Below the pieces are notes generated by a model, which was given only the letters and a program-made list of their open reading frames with translations, was not told the origin of the DNA and searched no databases. Position numbers and translations under genes: made by a program. A stretch of 64,000 nt of DNA from a virus. Lineage: Duplodnaviria; Caudoviricetes. The stretch's first letter is position 1. Every line of letters starts with the position of its first letter. Positions 56,423 through 64,000 of this stretch are shown piece after piece. The stretch lies in IMG/VR virus record IMGVR_UViG_3300017914_002346; one strand, given 5' to 3'.

Positions 56423-58417
56423 TTAATTATTCACAGTCTTTGAAAGGAACTTCGCATACTGCGATACAGTACTGTCATCTTCTTCGATAACTGTACCACC
56501 GAATACTTCCTCACTCAATGAGCTAAGAAGTGGTTGCTCAGATGATTCGTTGAAATAGCCCTCTTTAAGCTGCTCTACTTTATATCTGAACTCTTCGATG
56601 TCATCTGCTTCAACATTTTCAGACAAGTTTTCTAAGCGGATCTTTTGTGTCTGAGTTAAGTCGTTGCTGACTTCATCTACGATTTCTTTTCTTTTGATTT
56701 CCAAAAGTTCTCTCTTAGCTGACTCAAGCTCACCTGCTTGCTCATCTAACTGCTCTTTATATGATTCAACTGCTTCAGTTAACTCATCAACAACAGATAC
56801 TTCTTCTTCTGGAATATCAATAAAGTTAGATTCAAATACTGTCTTCATTTCGCGAATAAAGTTTTCAGCAATTTCAGTTCTTAATGAGTATTTGATCTCT
56901 AACTGATTTTCTTCTAACCATTCATTAACTACATAGTCAACATACTGGTCAACTTTTTCGTTAATCTTTTTAACTTCTTCTTCTAATTCATCAGCGTATT
57001 TAGCTTCAATTTCTTCAGCTAACTTATTAGCCTTTTCATTGACTGCTGTTTCAAAGATAACAGAAGCTTTTTCTTTAAAGTCTTCATCAAGATCTTCCAT
57101 TAACTCATCCGCATCTTCCTTAACAGGGCCTTTTGGATTAGCTTTAGTTGGAGTATCAATAGGATCTTTAGCTTGATCATGAGCACCTTCACCAGGATTA
57201 CCACCTTTAGAAGTAGGCTCATTTTTACCTTTCTCTTCTTTAGGACGTTTGTCTTCATTTTCAGCAGAAGATGGTGCAGCTTCTAACTTTTCACCAGTTG
57301 CTTCTTCTACTTCTTCTTCTGACTCTTCTTTAGCCATAGCTTTCTTAATAGCTTTGTCTTTATTGTCCATATACTCTTTATCATCTGGCTCATCTACACC
57401 ATCACCATCCATGTCACCTTTATCTTTTGCTTCAGTGACTTCTTGATAATGAGCTTCGATTTCTGCTTGCTCTTCTTCAGTCAAGTTAGAATAGAAATCA
57501 TGGAACTCTTCTTCTGTAAGACCTTCGATCTTATCCCAGTCCCATTCCATTTCTTCTTCTACAGATTCTTTAGCTTCTTCTTCATCATCGTCGTCATCGT
57601 CATCATCTTTTTCGTGATCATCTTTAGAAGCCTCTTCTACTGACTCATCAGTTTCTTCTTTATCATCGTCTTCATCATCGTCATCAGAATCATCTTCTTC
57701 TTTCATGTTCTTCATTGACTCTTTTTCATCGTCTGGAATATGATCATCATTAGCATTCTTTTTTACAGTTGTGTCTTGTGCTTCTTCGATCTCGTCTTCT
57801 TCCACTACAACAGAATCATAACGCTCTTTAAACTCAGCTAACTCTTCTTCTGTTAACGAATCAACTAACTCCTGGAAATCATCTTCAGAAAGGTTATCAA
57901 TCTTATCCCAATCCCATTCCATTGTTTCTGCATCTTCGTCCATAGCTTGATTATGAGGACCTTTGTTAGCTTCAACTTCAGCTGAAGCGTCAGAAGGTAA
58001 TGCATTCTTACCATCTTTCTTAGGACCTACATCTTTATCACCACCACCATCGATAGCAGCACCTTTTTCTGAACCTAAAACTTCTTTAGAATTATCTGAT
58101 GCGCTAGAAGCAATCTTACCTTTGTTCATATCACCGACGTCTTTATCACCGCCTGCGTCAATAGCAGCACCTTTTTCAGAACCAATAACCTCAGATGAAT
58201 TATCACCTTCTTGATCTGACTTAGGCTTAGCTGTATCAGTAAGTTTATTAGCTGCAAGAGACTTATCAGTCTTGTCCTGCGCTTCGTCTACCTGATCTTC
58301 TTCACTCATTTTGTTTTGAGGGTTTCTAACTTTTTTAGGTGCAGTCATATCCGCTTCTAAAAGCTCCTCAATAACATCAATTAAACCGTTATTCTTTTCC
58401 ATTGTATTAAACTCCAA
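56423..58417 (-). CDS. gp22: Prohead core scaffold protein (gp22), greatly extended acidic N-terminus with internal repeats
   Basis: C-terminal EDFKEKASVIFETAV...DQYVDYVV.EWL.EN...IDIPEE; position between gp21 and gp23. Confidence 0.92.
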   Translation of the reverse strand: MEFNTMEKNNGLIDVIEELLEADMTAPKKVRNPQNKMSEEDQVDEAQDKTDKSLAANKLTDTAKPKSDQEGDNSSEVIGSEKGAAIDAGGDKDVGDMNKGKIASSASDNSKEVLGSEKGAAIDGGGDKDVGPKKDGKNALPSDASAEVEANKGPHNQAMDEDAETMEWDWDKIDNLSEDDFQELVDSLTEEELAEFKERYDSVVVEEDEIEEAQDTTVKKNANDDHIPDDEKESMKNMKEEDDSDDDDEDDDKEETDESVEEASKDDHEKDDDDDDDDEEEAKESVEEEMEWDWDKIEGLTEEEFHDFYSNLTEEEQAEIEAHYQEVTEAKDKGDMDGDGVDEPDDKEYMDNKDKAIKKAMAKEESEEEVEEATGEKLEAAPSSAENEDKRPKEEKGKNEPTSKGGNPGEGAHDQAKDPIDTPTKANPKGPVKEDADELMEDLDEDFKEKASVIFETAVNEKANKLAEEIEAKYADELEEEVKKINEKVDQYVDYVVNEWLEENQLEIKYSLRTEIAENFIREMKTVFESNFIDIPEEEVSVVDELTEAVESYKEQLDEQAGELESAKRELLEIKRKEIVDEVSNDLTQTQKIRLENLSENVEADDIEEFRYKVEQLKEGYFNESSEQPLLSSLSEEVFGGTVIEEDDSTVSQYAKFLSKTVNN

Positions 58418-58431
58418 TTAATTTATTTATA

Positions 58432-59097
58432 TTAAAGCGTCTTTAAGAAGCTCTCAAATACTTCTAACTTAACTTCATTAAGTTCTTTTAATTTAGCTCT
58501 CTTTAATTTCTCTCTCTGAAATTCTAAATCTACTTGTTTCCAAATTCCAGATTCGTAAATCCATTCAGCTTGTTCCATTACACCTTCAACAAAAGATGAT
58601 TGTGCAGATGGATCAAACACAACATCAGCGGCAGTAGTAAGTACAAAATCATTACCTACTAAATTATAACCTTCTCTTTGAGGAATAAGACTACCTAAAC
58701 CTCTAGAAGATACACCAATCTTTACACCATCAGATAAAAGATTCTCTACTATCTTACCCATTGGTGTTGATAAAACCTTAGCTTTACCCATATAGTAAAC
58801 AGCGTCGTCAGCCCTTTCTTTAGTCAACTTAGTTGTCATAATAGCTGCGCGCTCAGGATTTACAATAGGTTCAGCTGGATGGTTCAATTCCCCCAAAGCT
58901 CTTTTTTGTGAAATATAATCTTCGTTATACTTTTCAACTGCAGCATCCATAACTTCTTCTGTATAGATTCTGCCATTTTTATTTTTCTTTTCAGCTTGAA
59001 GAAAAGGACCATTAATATACATTCTTTTCTCTGAACCTTTACCTTCAGAGATGACATCTAGATCATTAAAAGTGATATCTTCTTTAATAAGTTTCAT
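58432..59097 (-). CDS. gp21: Prohead protease (gp21)
   Basis: NKNGRIY, ALGELNHP, GVSSRGLGS, DVVFDPSA. Confidence 0.97.
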   Translation of the reverse strand: MKLIKEDITFNDLDVISEGKGSEKRMYINGPFLQAEKKNKNGRIYTEEVMDAAVEKYNEDYISQKRALGELNHPAEPIVNPERAAIMTTKLTKERADDAVYYMGKAKVLSTPMGKIVENLLSDGVKIGVSSRGLGSLIPQREGYNLVGNDFVLTTAADVVFDPSAQSSFVEGVMEQAEWIYESGIWKQVDLEFQREKLKRAKLKELNEVKLEVFESFLKTL

Positions 59098-59099
59098 AA

Positions 59100-59420
59100 T
59101 TATGTCCTAAACTCAATAACAACATTACCCTGTGATGCGGTTGTAAAAGTAATTGCACACGCAGCAGGTGCAGCTAAATTAATACCACCGTGTAATGATA
59201 ATTCCCATCTGCCGGTTTCAAAATCTTTACCGTCAATTGTTACAGCAGACTGTCCCATGTTAGTAACTGATTCAATCTTTCTTACTCGTACATAGTTACC
59301 ATTTACAGTAAAGTCATCTGAATCTAATGTATGATCTGCATCATAGACATGATAGACAATTCTGTTACCAGGTGTTGAACCATTTACTTGTACCGCTTTT
59401 GCTACAATTTCTGCTGCCAT
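59100..59420 (-). CDS. Small hypothetical structural protein
   Basis: Beta-rich ORF in head operon, one DSD motif. Confidence 0.65.
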   Translation of the reverse strand: MAAEIVAKAVQVNGSTPGNRIVYHVYDADHTLDSDDFTVNGNYVRVRKIESVTNMGQSAVTIDGKDFETGRWELSLHGGINLAAPAACAITFTTASQGNVVIEFRT

Positions 59421-59431
59421 TTTCTATACCC

Positions 59432-60148
59432 TTAATTTAATGTATTAGCAATTGATCTAGATCTACCTTTAACTCTACGTTTGGTAATCTTTGTCTTAAT
59501 TGCTGCTTTCTTCTTTGCACCTTTACCCATTGCTTTTTTAGCTCTCTTGAGCTTAATACCAACGCGGCGCATCTTTGCTTTTTGTGTTCCAGTTTGAGGT
59601 AAACATCTATTGCCTGCTAATCTCATTCCTGGACCGCAGATCTTTTTCTTTTTAATCTCACCCTTAGCTCTTTTAAAGATAACTTTTGCTCTTTGAGCTT
59701 TACCTTTATACTTCTTACCACCTGGAGGATTTTTTTCTGCTTCTTCTAATTCTTCTTCTGTATCTTCAATGATTTCCATTTCATAGTCTTCAGCAAACAA
59801 CATCTCTTTAAGTGCTAACATACTGTTTACTGAAGGATCTACTTCATTAAGATCAAACTCAAATACTAAGTCCATTACTGAACCGTCTTGATTAGGAGCA
59901 AAGTCAAACACTTCTTGAACTTCATAATGGTTTTCAATAAGTTCGATATCTAAATCCAACTCACCATCGAACTCAACAGTTTCTTCAAACTGTTCAATTT
60001 CAACTTCTTGTCTCATCTCATCTAATTCACTCTCAGTAAATAAGAAATGAGTGTTATGAGAAACTCCGTTGAGCATCTGTTTCTTTAACTCTTCTCTAAA
60101 AGTCTGAGTCTGATATTTTTTCCATTCAAGAAGATTCATTTTCATCAC
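59432..60148 (-). CDS. Prohead core protein (gp68-like)
   Basis: Acidic N-terminal half, very basic C-terminal half; position upstream of gp21. Confidence 0.6.
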   Translation of the reverse strand: MMKMNLLEWKKYQTQTFREELKKQMLNGVSHNTHFLFTESELDEMRQEVEIEQFEETVEFDGELDLDIELIENHYEVQEVFDFAPNQDGSVMDLVFEFDLNEVDPSVNSMLALKEMLFAEDYEMEIIEDTEEELEEAEKNPPGGKKYKGKAQRAKVIFKRAKGEIKKKKICGPGMRLAGNRCLPQTGTQKAKMRRVGIKLKRAKKAMGKGAKKKAAIKTKITKRRVKGRSRSIANTLN

Positions 60149-60290
60149 TCTTTAAATAATCTTTGGCCATTTCTTTTTTGATTCCATCTAATCTAGTTAA
60201 CACTCTAGTTGTGATTTCATCTTTAAATGACTTGGTAAAATCCTTCTCTGACTCTTCATTTGAGTTTAAATAATCATAAAAGTCTATCAT
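60126..60290 (-). CDS. 54-aa prohead core protein (gp67-like; not in ORF track)
   Basis: MIDFYDYLNSNEESEKDFTKSFKDEITTRVLTRLDGIKKEMAKDYL; position before the gp68-like gene. Confidence 0.6.
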   Translation of the reverse strand: MIDFYDYLNSNEESEKDFTKSFKDEITTRVLTRLDGIKKEMAKDYLKSDENESS

Positions 60291-60307
60291 AATTTATTTA
60301 TTCCTTT

Positions 60308-61792
60308 TTAACCCCAGAGAATAGAGTCCATCTCAAGAGTTGAGTTCTTCAACTCCTCTTCAAGCTCTTGTTTCTCTGCATTCGCTTCATCCCAAAGTCC
60401 TTGACCATCGAGTTGTACACCACCAGGAAGTTCAGTATTTTGATATTTCTTTAAATTAGAACCCCACTGTTGCTTTGCTAACACCGTAGCATATCTTTTT
60501 AACCATGTGTTTTTATAAACCTCACCTGTTAGTTCTGGATCTGCTTGTTCATATACTTCACATAAAAGATAAAAATCTCCTCTACTTTTACCTGTCTTAA
60601 TTCTATTCCAATCTACGTCTAAATATAATCTACTTCTATATTGATTAAATCTTATTGCAGGAGCTGTGTTTAATAAAAAGTCAATATGTTCTACATTTAA
60701 CTTTTGTGTGTAGTAGTTTGATAAACCAGTACCTACAGCATTACCATAGAACATATCAAAGTTATTAAGGAAGTACTGATATTCAAAATTGTACATACCT
60801 GCATGAGTGAAAGAATCTACTTTAGCAACCTTAGTAACAGATACAATACTATCTGGAACTTTAATACCAATCTGTCCTGTAGATGTAACTGTAATGTTTT
60901 CATCTTCTAATACTTTTAATTCTTCTTTAAAGTATTTGCTAAAGCCATTATGAGCTGTTCGTTTACCAAATCTTCTAGGTCTTGTAGATGTAGGGCTAAA
61001 ACGTTGACTTCTTAGAACATCTCTTTGTGTATATCTAGTAGCTCTTTCTATAATTACCAATTTAAATCTTTGATCTGAATCTGTATCTAAATCACTATCA
61101 AACAATCTAAAAGTAGTACCATCGGAATCTTGTACGTATGCACCAACTTCGTCACTATCATATCTATTAGAGTAATCTAAATCTGAGTCAAGTAGTCTAT
61201 AAGTAACACCGTCAGAGTCTAAAATATATGCTCCGCTATTATCAGAATCATATACTTGGTAATAATCTAAATCAGAATCAATAGCTCTAAATTCAGAACC
61301 ATCAGAATCTAAAATATGAGAACCGTATTGTTCAGAGTCATAAAATTTAGCTGTTTCAGAAATGTCTAAATCACTATCAAATACTCTTATATTACCATCT
61401 GAATCTCTTACAAAGGCACCATTAGTATCTGAATCATAAAAGATATTAGTTGACTCTGAATCAGTCTTAATAAAGATTCTATTTCCTCTAGTATTATCAA
61501 CTTTAACCATAACTCTATCACCAATGCGATAGTCGTTTAGCTTATCTGAGTCAAATTTTTCTGCTGTAAGATCTTGGTGAATTCTATTATTACGGTTAAG
61601 TAAATTTGAATCTACTTTAATTGTTCTCCAAGATCTAGTTACACCATCATAGTGATAGTTGTAAAAGAATTGCACGGCTTCGTCAATACAATCTTCCAAT
61701 TGTACATCAGCGATTTCTACGTTAATGACTGGCGCGCCTAGTCTACGTAAAACCCAATCTGCTAACTCTTGTTTAGTCGCTGGTAATGGCAT
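60308..61792 (-). CDS. gp13: Neck protein (gp13) with large DSD-repeat insertion
   Basis: LRRLGAPVINVE...Q.EDCIDEA.Q....YHYDG; WLKRYAT...K.QWGSNLKKY....LPGG..LDG. Confidence 0.93.
   Translation of the reverse strand: MPLPATKQELADWVLRRLGAPVINVEIADVQLEDCIDEAVQFFYNYHYDGVTRSWRTIKVDSNLLNRNNRIHQDLTAEKFDSDKLNDYRIGDRVMVKVDNTRGNRIFIKTDSESTNIFYDSDTNGAFVRDSDGNIRVFDSDLDISETAKFYDSEQYGSHILDSDGSEFRAIDSDLDYYQVYDSDNSGAYILDSDGVTYRLLDSDLDYSNRYDSDEVGAYVQDSDGTTFRLFDSDLDTDSDQRFKLVIIERATRYTQRDVLRSQRFSPTSTRPRRFGKRTAHNGFSKYFKEELKVLEDENITVTSTGQIGIKVPDSIVSVTKVAKVDSFTHAGMYNFEYQYFLNNFDMFYGNAVGTGLSNYYTQKLNVEHIDFLLNTAPAIRFNQYRSRLYLDVDWNRIKTGKSRGDFYLLCEVYEQADPELTGEVYKNTWLKRYATVLAKQQWGSNLKKYQNTELPGGVQLDGQGLWDEANAEKQELEEELKNSTLEMDSILWG
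61073..61441 (-). repeat. Four ~30-aa in-frame repeats in gp13
   Basis: Consensus YDS[D/E]xxG[A/S]xxxDSDGxxxRxxDSDLD, aa118-240. Confidence 0.95.
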
Positions 61793-63371
61793 CGTGCTCT
61801 ACTATTTCCGTTTCAGTATTTATTGTAAGAACATCTTTCTCTCCTGATAGAGTAACATCTCTAACTTGTACACTTTCAAAACCAAAAGGTTCTGGTGGCA
61901 TATCAGGATCTTTAATTTGTTCTTTTTCCATCTCGTTCATAATCTCTGTATCAATACGTGCAATATCTTCTTCTGTATGACCAAGAATAACTTTGCGTAC
62001 ATATTCGATAGAGAAATATTTACCTACATATTCATTAGCATCTCTAAGTACTGCTAACTGATCGTTAAGTAATTCTACCTGCTTAAGTTTATCAAAGTGC
62101 ATATCTTTGAGATAGTCATAACTGATATACTGTCTCATTTCTTCGAACTCAGCTTGAGTACAAACACCTTTAAGTACTAACTGAACTCTTAACACTTCGT
62201 TAAACAATTCAGCAAACTGTTTTCTAATACGTTTAATAAACTTACTAAATTTTATTTCATCTCTTGAGATGTCTGATGCTCTTCCGAGTTGAAAGTTGTT
62301 GTCTTGGTTGATTCTTGAGATTGGGACATTGAGCGATTGATATAATTTCTCCTTGAAGTAATTGACATCGTCAAGATCTCCAAGATTTTGTCCTCCAGGG
62401 AGTGTACTAATCTCCGTACCTCTTGACCCTTCTCTTCTAGGGAGCCAGAAGTCCTCCAACAACGACATAAATTTTCTCGAATCACGAATCTCTCCTGTAT
62501 TTGGATTGTAGTCAATTTTATTTCTATAACGATTCATCATATCTCTAAGATAAGTCTCAGCTTTAATCTTAGGTAATGAACCCACATCAACATAAAAAAT
62601 TCTTCTTTCAGGTGCTCTAGCAATACGATAAACAATAAGAGCATCTTCCATAGAACGAAGATTGTTAAAAGGTTTAATTGCTTTGTCTAAGTAACCAACA
62701 ATACTACCTTTATTTCTATCTACCAATCCTGATGGACAAAAGATAACAGAGTCTTTGGATAACTTTACACCATTATTACCACCATCAGGAGAATATTCAA
62801 AGTACTCATCTACTTTAACTAATACAGGAACACCTGTTCTAGGGTCTTTATCATATTTAGGTTTAACATGTCTTTTAATCTTAAGAGCGTCGATAGGTCT
62901 TAATTCTTTAATACCATTCTTAAGATTTTCTTGATCTACAATAACTTGGTAGTGTAGTCTACTATCTACATACCATTGTCTAAAGATGTCATATGAACGT
63001 CTTTGAAACTTAAGAAGATGAAGAGTTGTCTTAAACTCTTCTCTAATTATTTCTTTAATTCTATCATCAATGTTAAGAAGATCTAATCTAATAGATACTG
63101 AAGGTCTTTCATGTTCTGTAGTGAAAGCTTCGTTTACAATATCATCAATAGCAGCATCAGCTTCTGGATAGAAAGAAATGTCTCTATACTGAGCAATTAA
63201 TGCATGTTCGCTTCTTGCTTTACTATATTGTTCGTAAGTATAACCAATCCTACCACCAACAGGTAAGTCAGTACCATCATCCATTGGTTTAGGAACGGGT
63301 GATGGTACTGGTTGATCATTCTTGTTTTGAACTAATTCGAACCCGAATAGTTCTTCTTTCTGTAAAGCCAT
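61773..63371 (-). CDS. gp20: Portal protein (gp20)
   Basis: IYRIARAPERRIFYVDVG-type motif, EDFWLPRREG.RGTEISTLPGGQNLG. Confidence 0.98.
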   Translation of the reverse strand: MALQKEELFGFELVQNKNDQPVPSPVPKPMDDGTDLPVGGRIGYTYEQYSKARSEHALIAQYRDISFYPEADAAIDDIVNEAFTTEHERPSVSIRLDLLNIDDRIKEIIREEFKTTLHLLKFQRRSYDIFRQWYVDSRLHYQVIVDQENLKNGIKELRPIDALKIKRHVKPKYDKDPRTGVPVLVKVDEYFEYSPDGGNNGVKLSKDSVIFCPSGLVDRNKGSIVGYLDKAIKPFNNLRSMEDALIVYRIARAPERRIFYVDVGSLPKIKAETYLRDMMNRYRNKIDYNPNTGEIRDSRKFMSLLEDFWLPRREGSRGTEISTLPGGQNLGDLDDVNYFKEKLYQSLNVPISRINQDNNFQLGRASDISRDEIKFSKFIKRIRKQFAELFNEVLRVQLVLKGVCTQAEFEEMRQYISYDYLKDMHFDKLKQVELLNDQLAVLRDANEYVGKYFSIEYVRKVILGHTEEDIARIDTEIMNEMEKEQIKDPDMPPEPFGFESVQVRDVTLSGEKDVLTINTETEIVEHDAITSD

Positions 63372-63398
63372 AAGGACTCCTCATTATAAAATGAAGAG

Positions 63399-64000
63399 TT
63401 AGCCAGTTACTGGCTGTTCAGCGACATCAGCTGTAGTTCTAGCTGAAGTAGGAACTGAAGTTGTATTTGATTCCCACCACTGATATGCAAAAGTAACTGC
63501 AAACTCTTCGATTGTATCTGCACTGTCGTAAGAAACATCAATTGTATCTACAACAGTAGGCCACGCACCTACAATAACATATCTCTTAATCACTGCACCT
63601 GTTCTACTTAGTTGTTCAATTTCTAAGTTAGCAACATATGAGTCAAATGAAGCGGCATCAACACCTCTTCCAGATACGTTTGTAGCTGCGCCGTTAATCG
63701 CATCTTGCCATCTTTCGAAAGCATTTCTTACAGCAAAGTTATTGTCATTAACTACACTTACTGTCCAAGCATCGTAAACAGTATCACCTGATACTTTTAA
63801 TTGTCTACCTCTAAATGGTACAATAATTTCACCAATAGATCTAGCTGGCATTGCTGCAGTTTTAATCATAAAAGAGCTCAATGCTTCTGTCTCACCGGAA
63901 CCGAAAGCTGTATTAGCTAGACCTTCAATGTTCCCGTTTGGCCAGTTACAGTTTACTCTAAATAGATTGGCTCTTGCACCGCCGCCAGTTAAAGCTGTTT
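63399..64000 (-). CDS. gp19: Tail tube protein (gp19), 5' end outside window
   Basis: Frame open to the window edge (GGGARANLF); VPFRGR.LK..GD..YD.W, IEEF.VTF.YQWW. Confidence 0.95.
   Translation of the reverse strand, partial: TALTGGGARANLFRVNCNWPNGNIEGLANTAFGSGETEALSSFMIKTAAMPARSIGEIIVPFRGRQLKVSGDTVYDAWTVSVVNDNNFAVRNAFERWQDAINGAATNVSGRGVDAASFDSYVANLEIEQLSRTGAVIKRYVIVGAWPTVVDTIDVSYDSADTIEEFAVTFAYQWWESNTTSVPTSARTTADVAEQPVTG

Overview
This is a 64-kb segment of a large, AT-rich T4-like (myovirus) bacteriophage genome, mostly encoded on the minus strand. The host is probably an alphaproteobacterium, inferred from a permuted two-piece tmRNA, an alphaproteobacterial-style PstS and a porin. Layout: (1) 1-12 kb is a variable island with pstS, an uncalled Cys-rich micro-protein, three 2OG-Fe(II) oxygenases, three putative adhesins sharing an N-terminal motif, hsp20, the tmRNA, an AsnB-like enzyme and a flavin halogenase-like enzyme. 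(2) 12-27 kb holds nucleotide metabolism and replication genes (nrdAB, primase, gp43, regA, gp62/44/45, guaC, thyX, clpP). (3) 27-32 kb holds a porin, 3 tRNAs and small early genes. (4) 32-45 kb is a ~13-kb glycan synthesis and modification cluster (KdsA, Gmd, ColD-type enzyme, several glycosyltransferases, four KpsS-like paralogues, sulfotransferase, APS-kinase-like protein). (5) 46-64 kb holds gp46/47/55, uvsW/Y, phoH and the head/neck/tail-tube genes. Most notable signals: Asp-Ser-Asp/Glu (DS[D/E]) motifs concentrated in predicted virion-surface proteins alongside the glycan cluster (candidate virion O-glycosylation system); a tmRNA with a long non-canonical tag, in a genome that also encodes ClpP; a conserved-hypothetical protein carrying a near-copy of the capsid protein N-arm; and three interchangeable-looking adhesins with a separately encoded adaptor. 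All assignments come from motif recognition by eye; no database searches were run.
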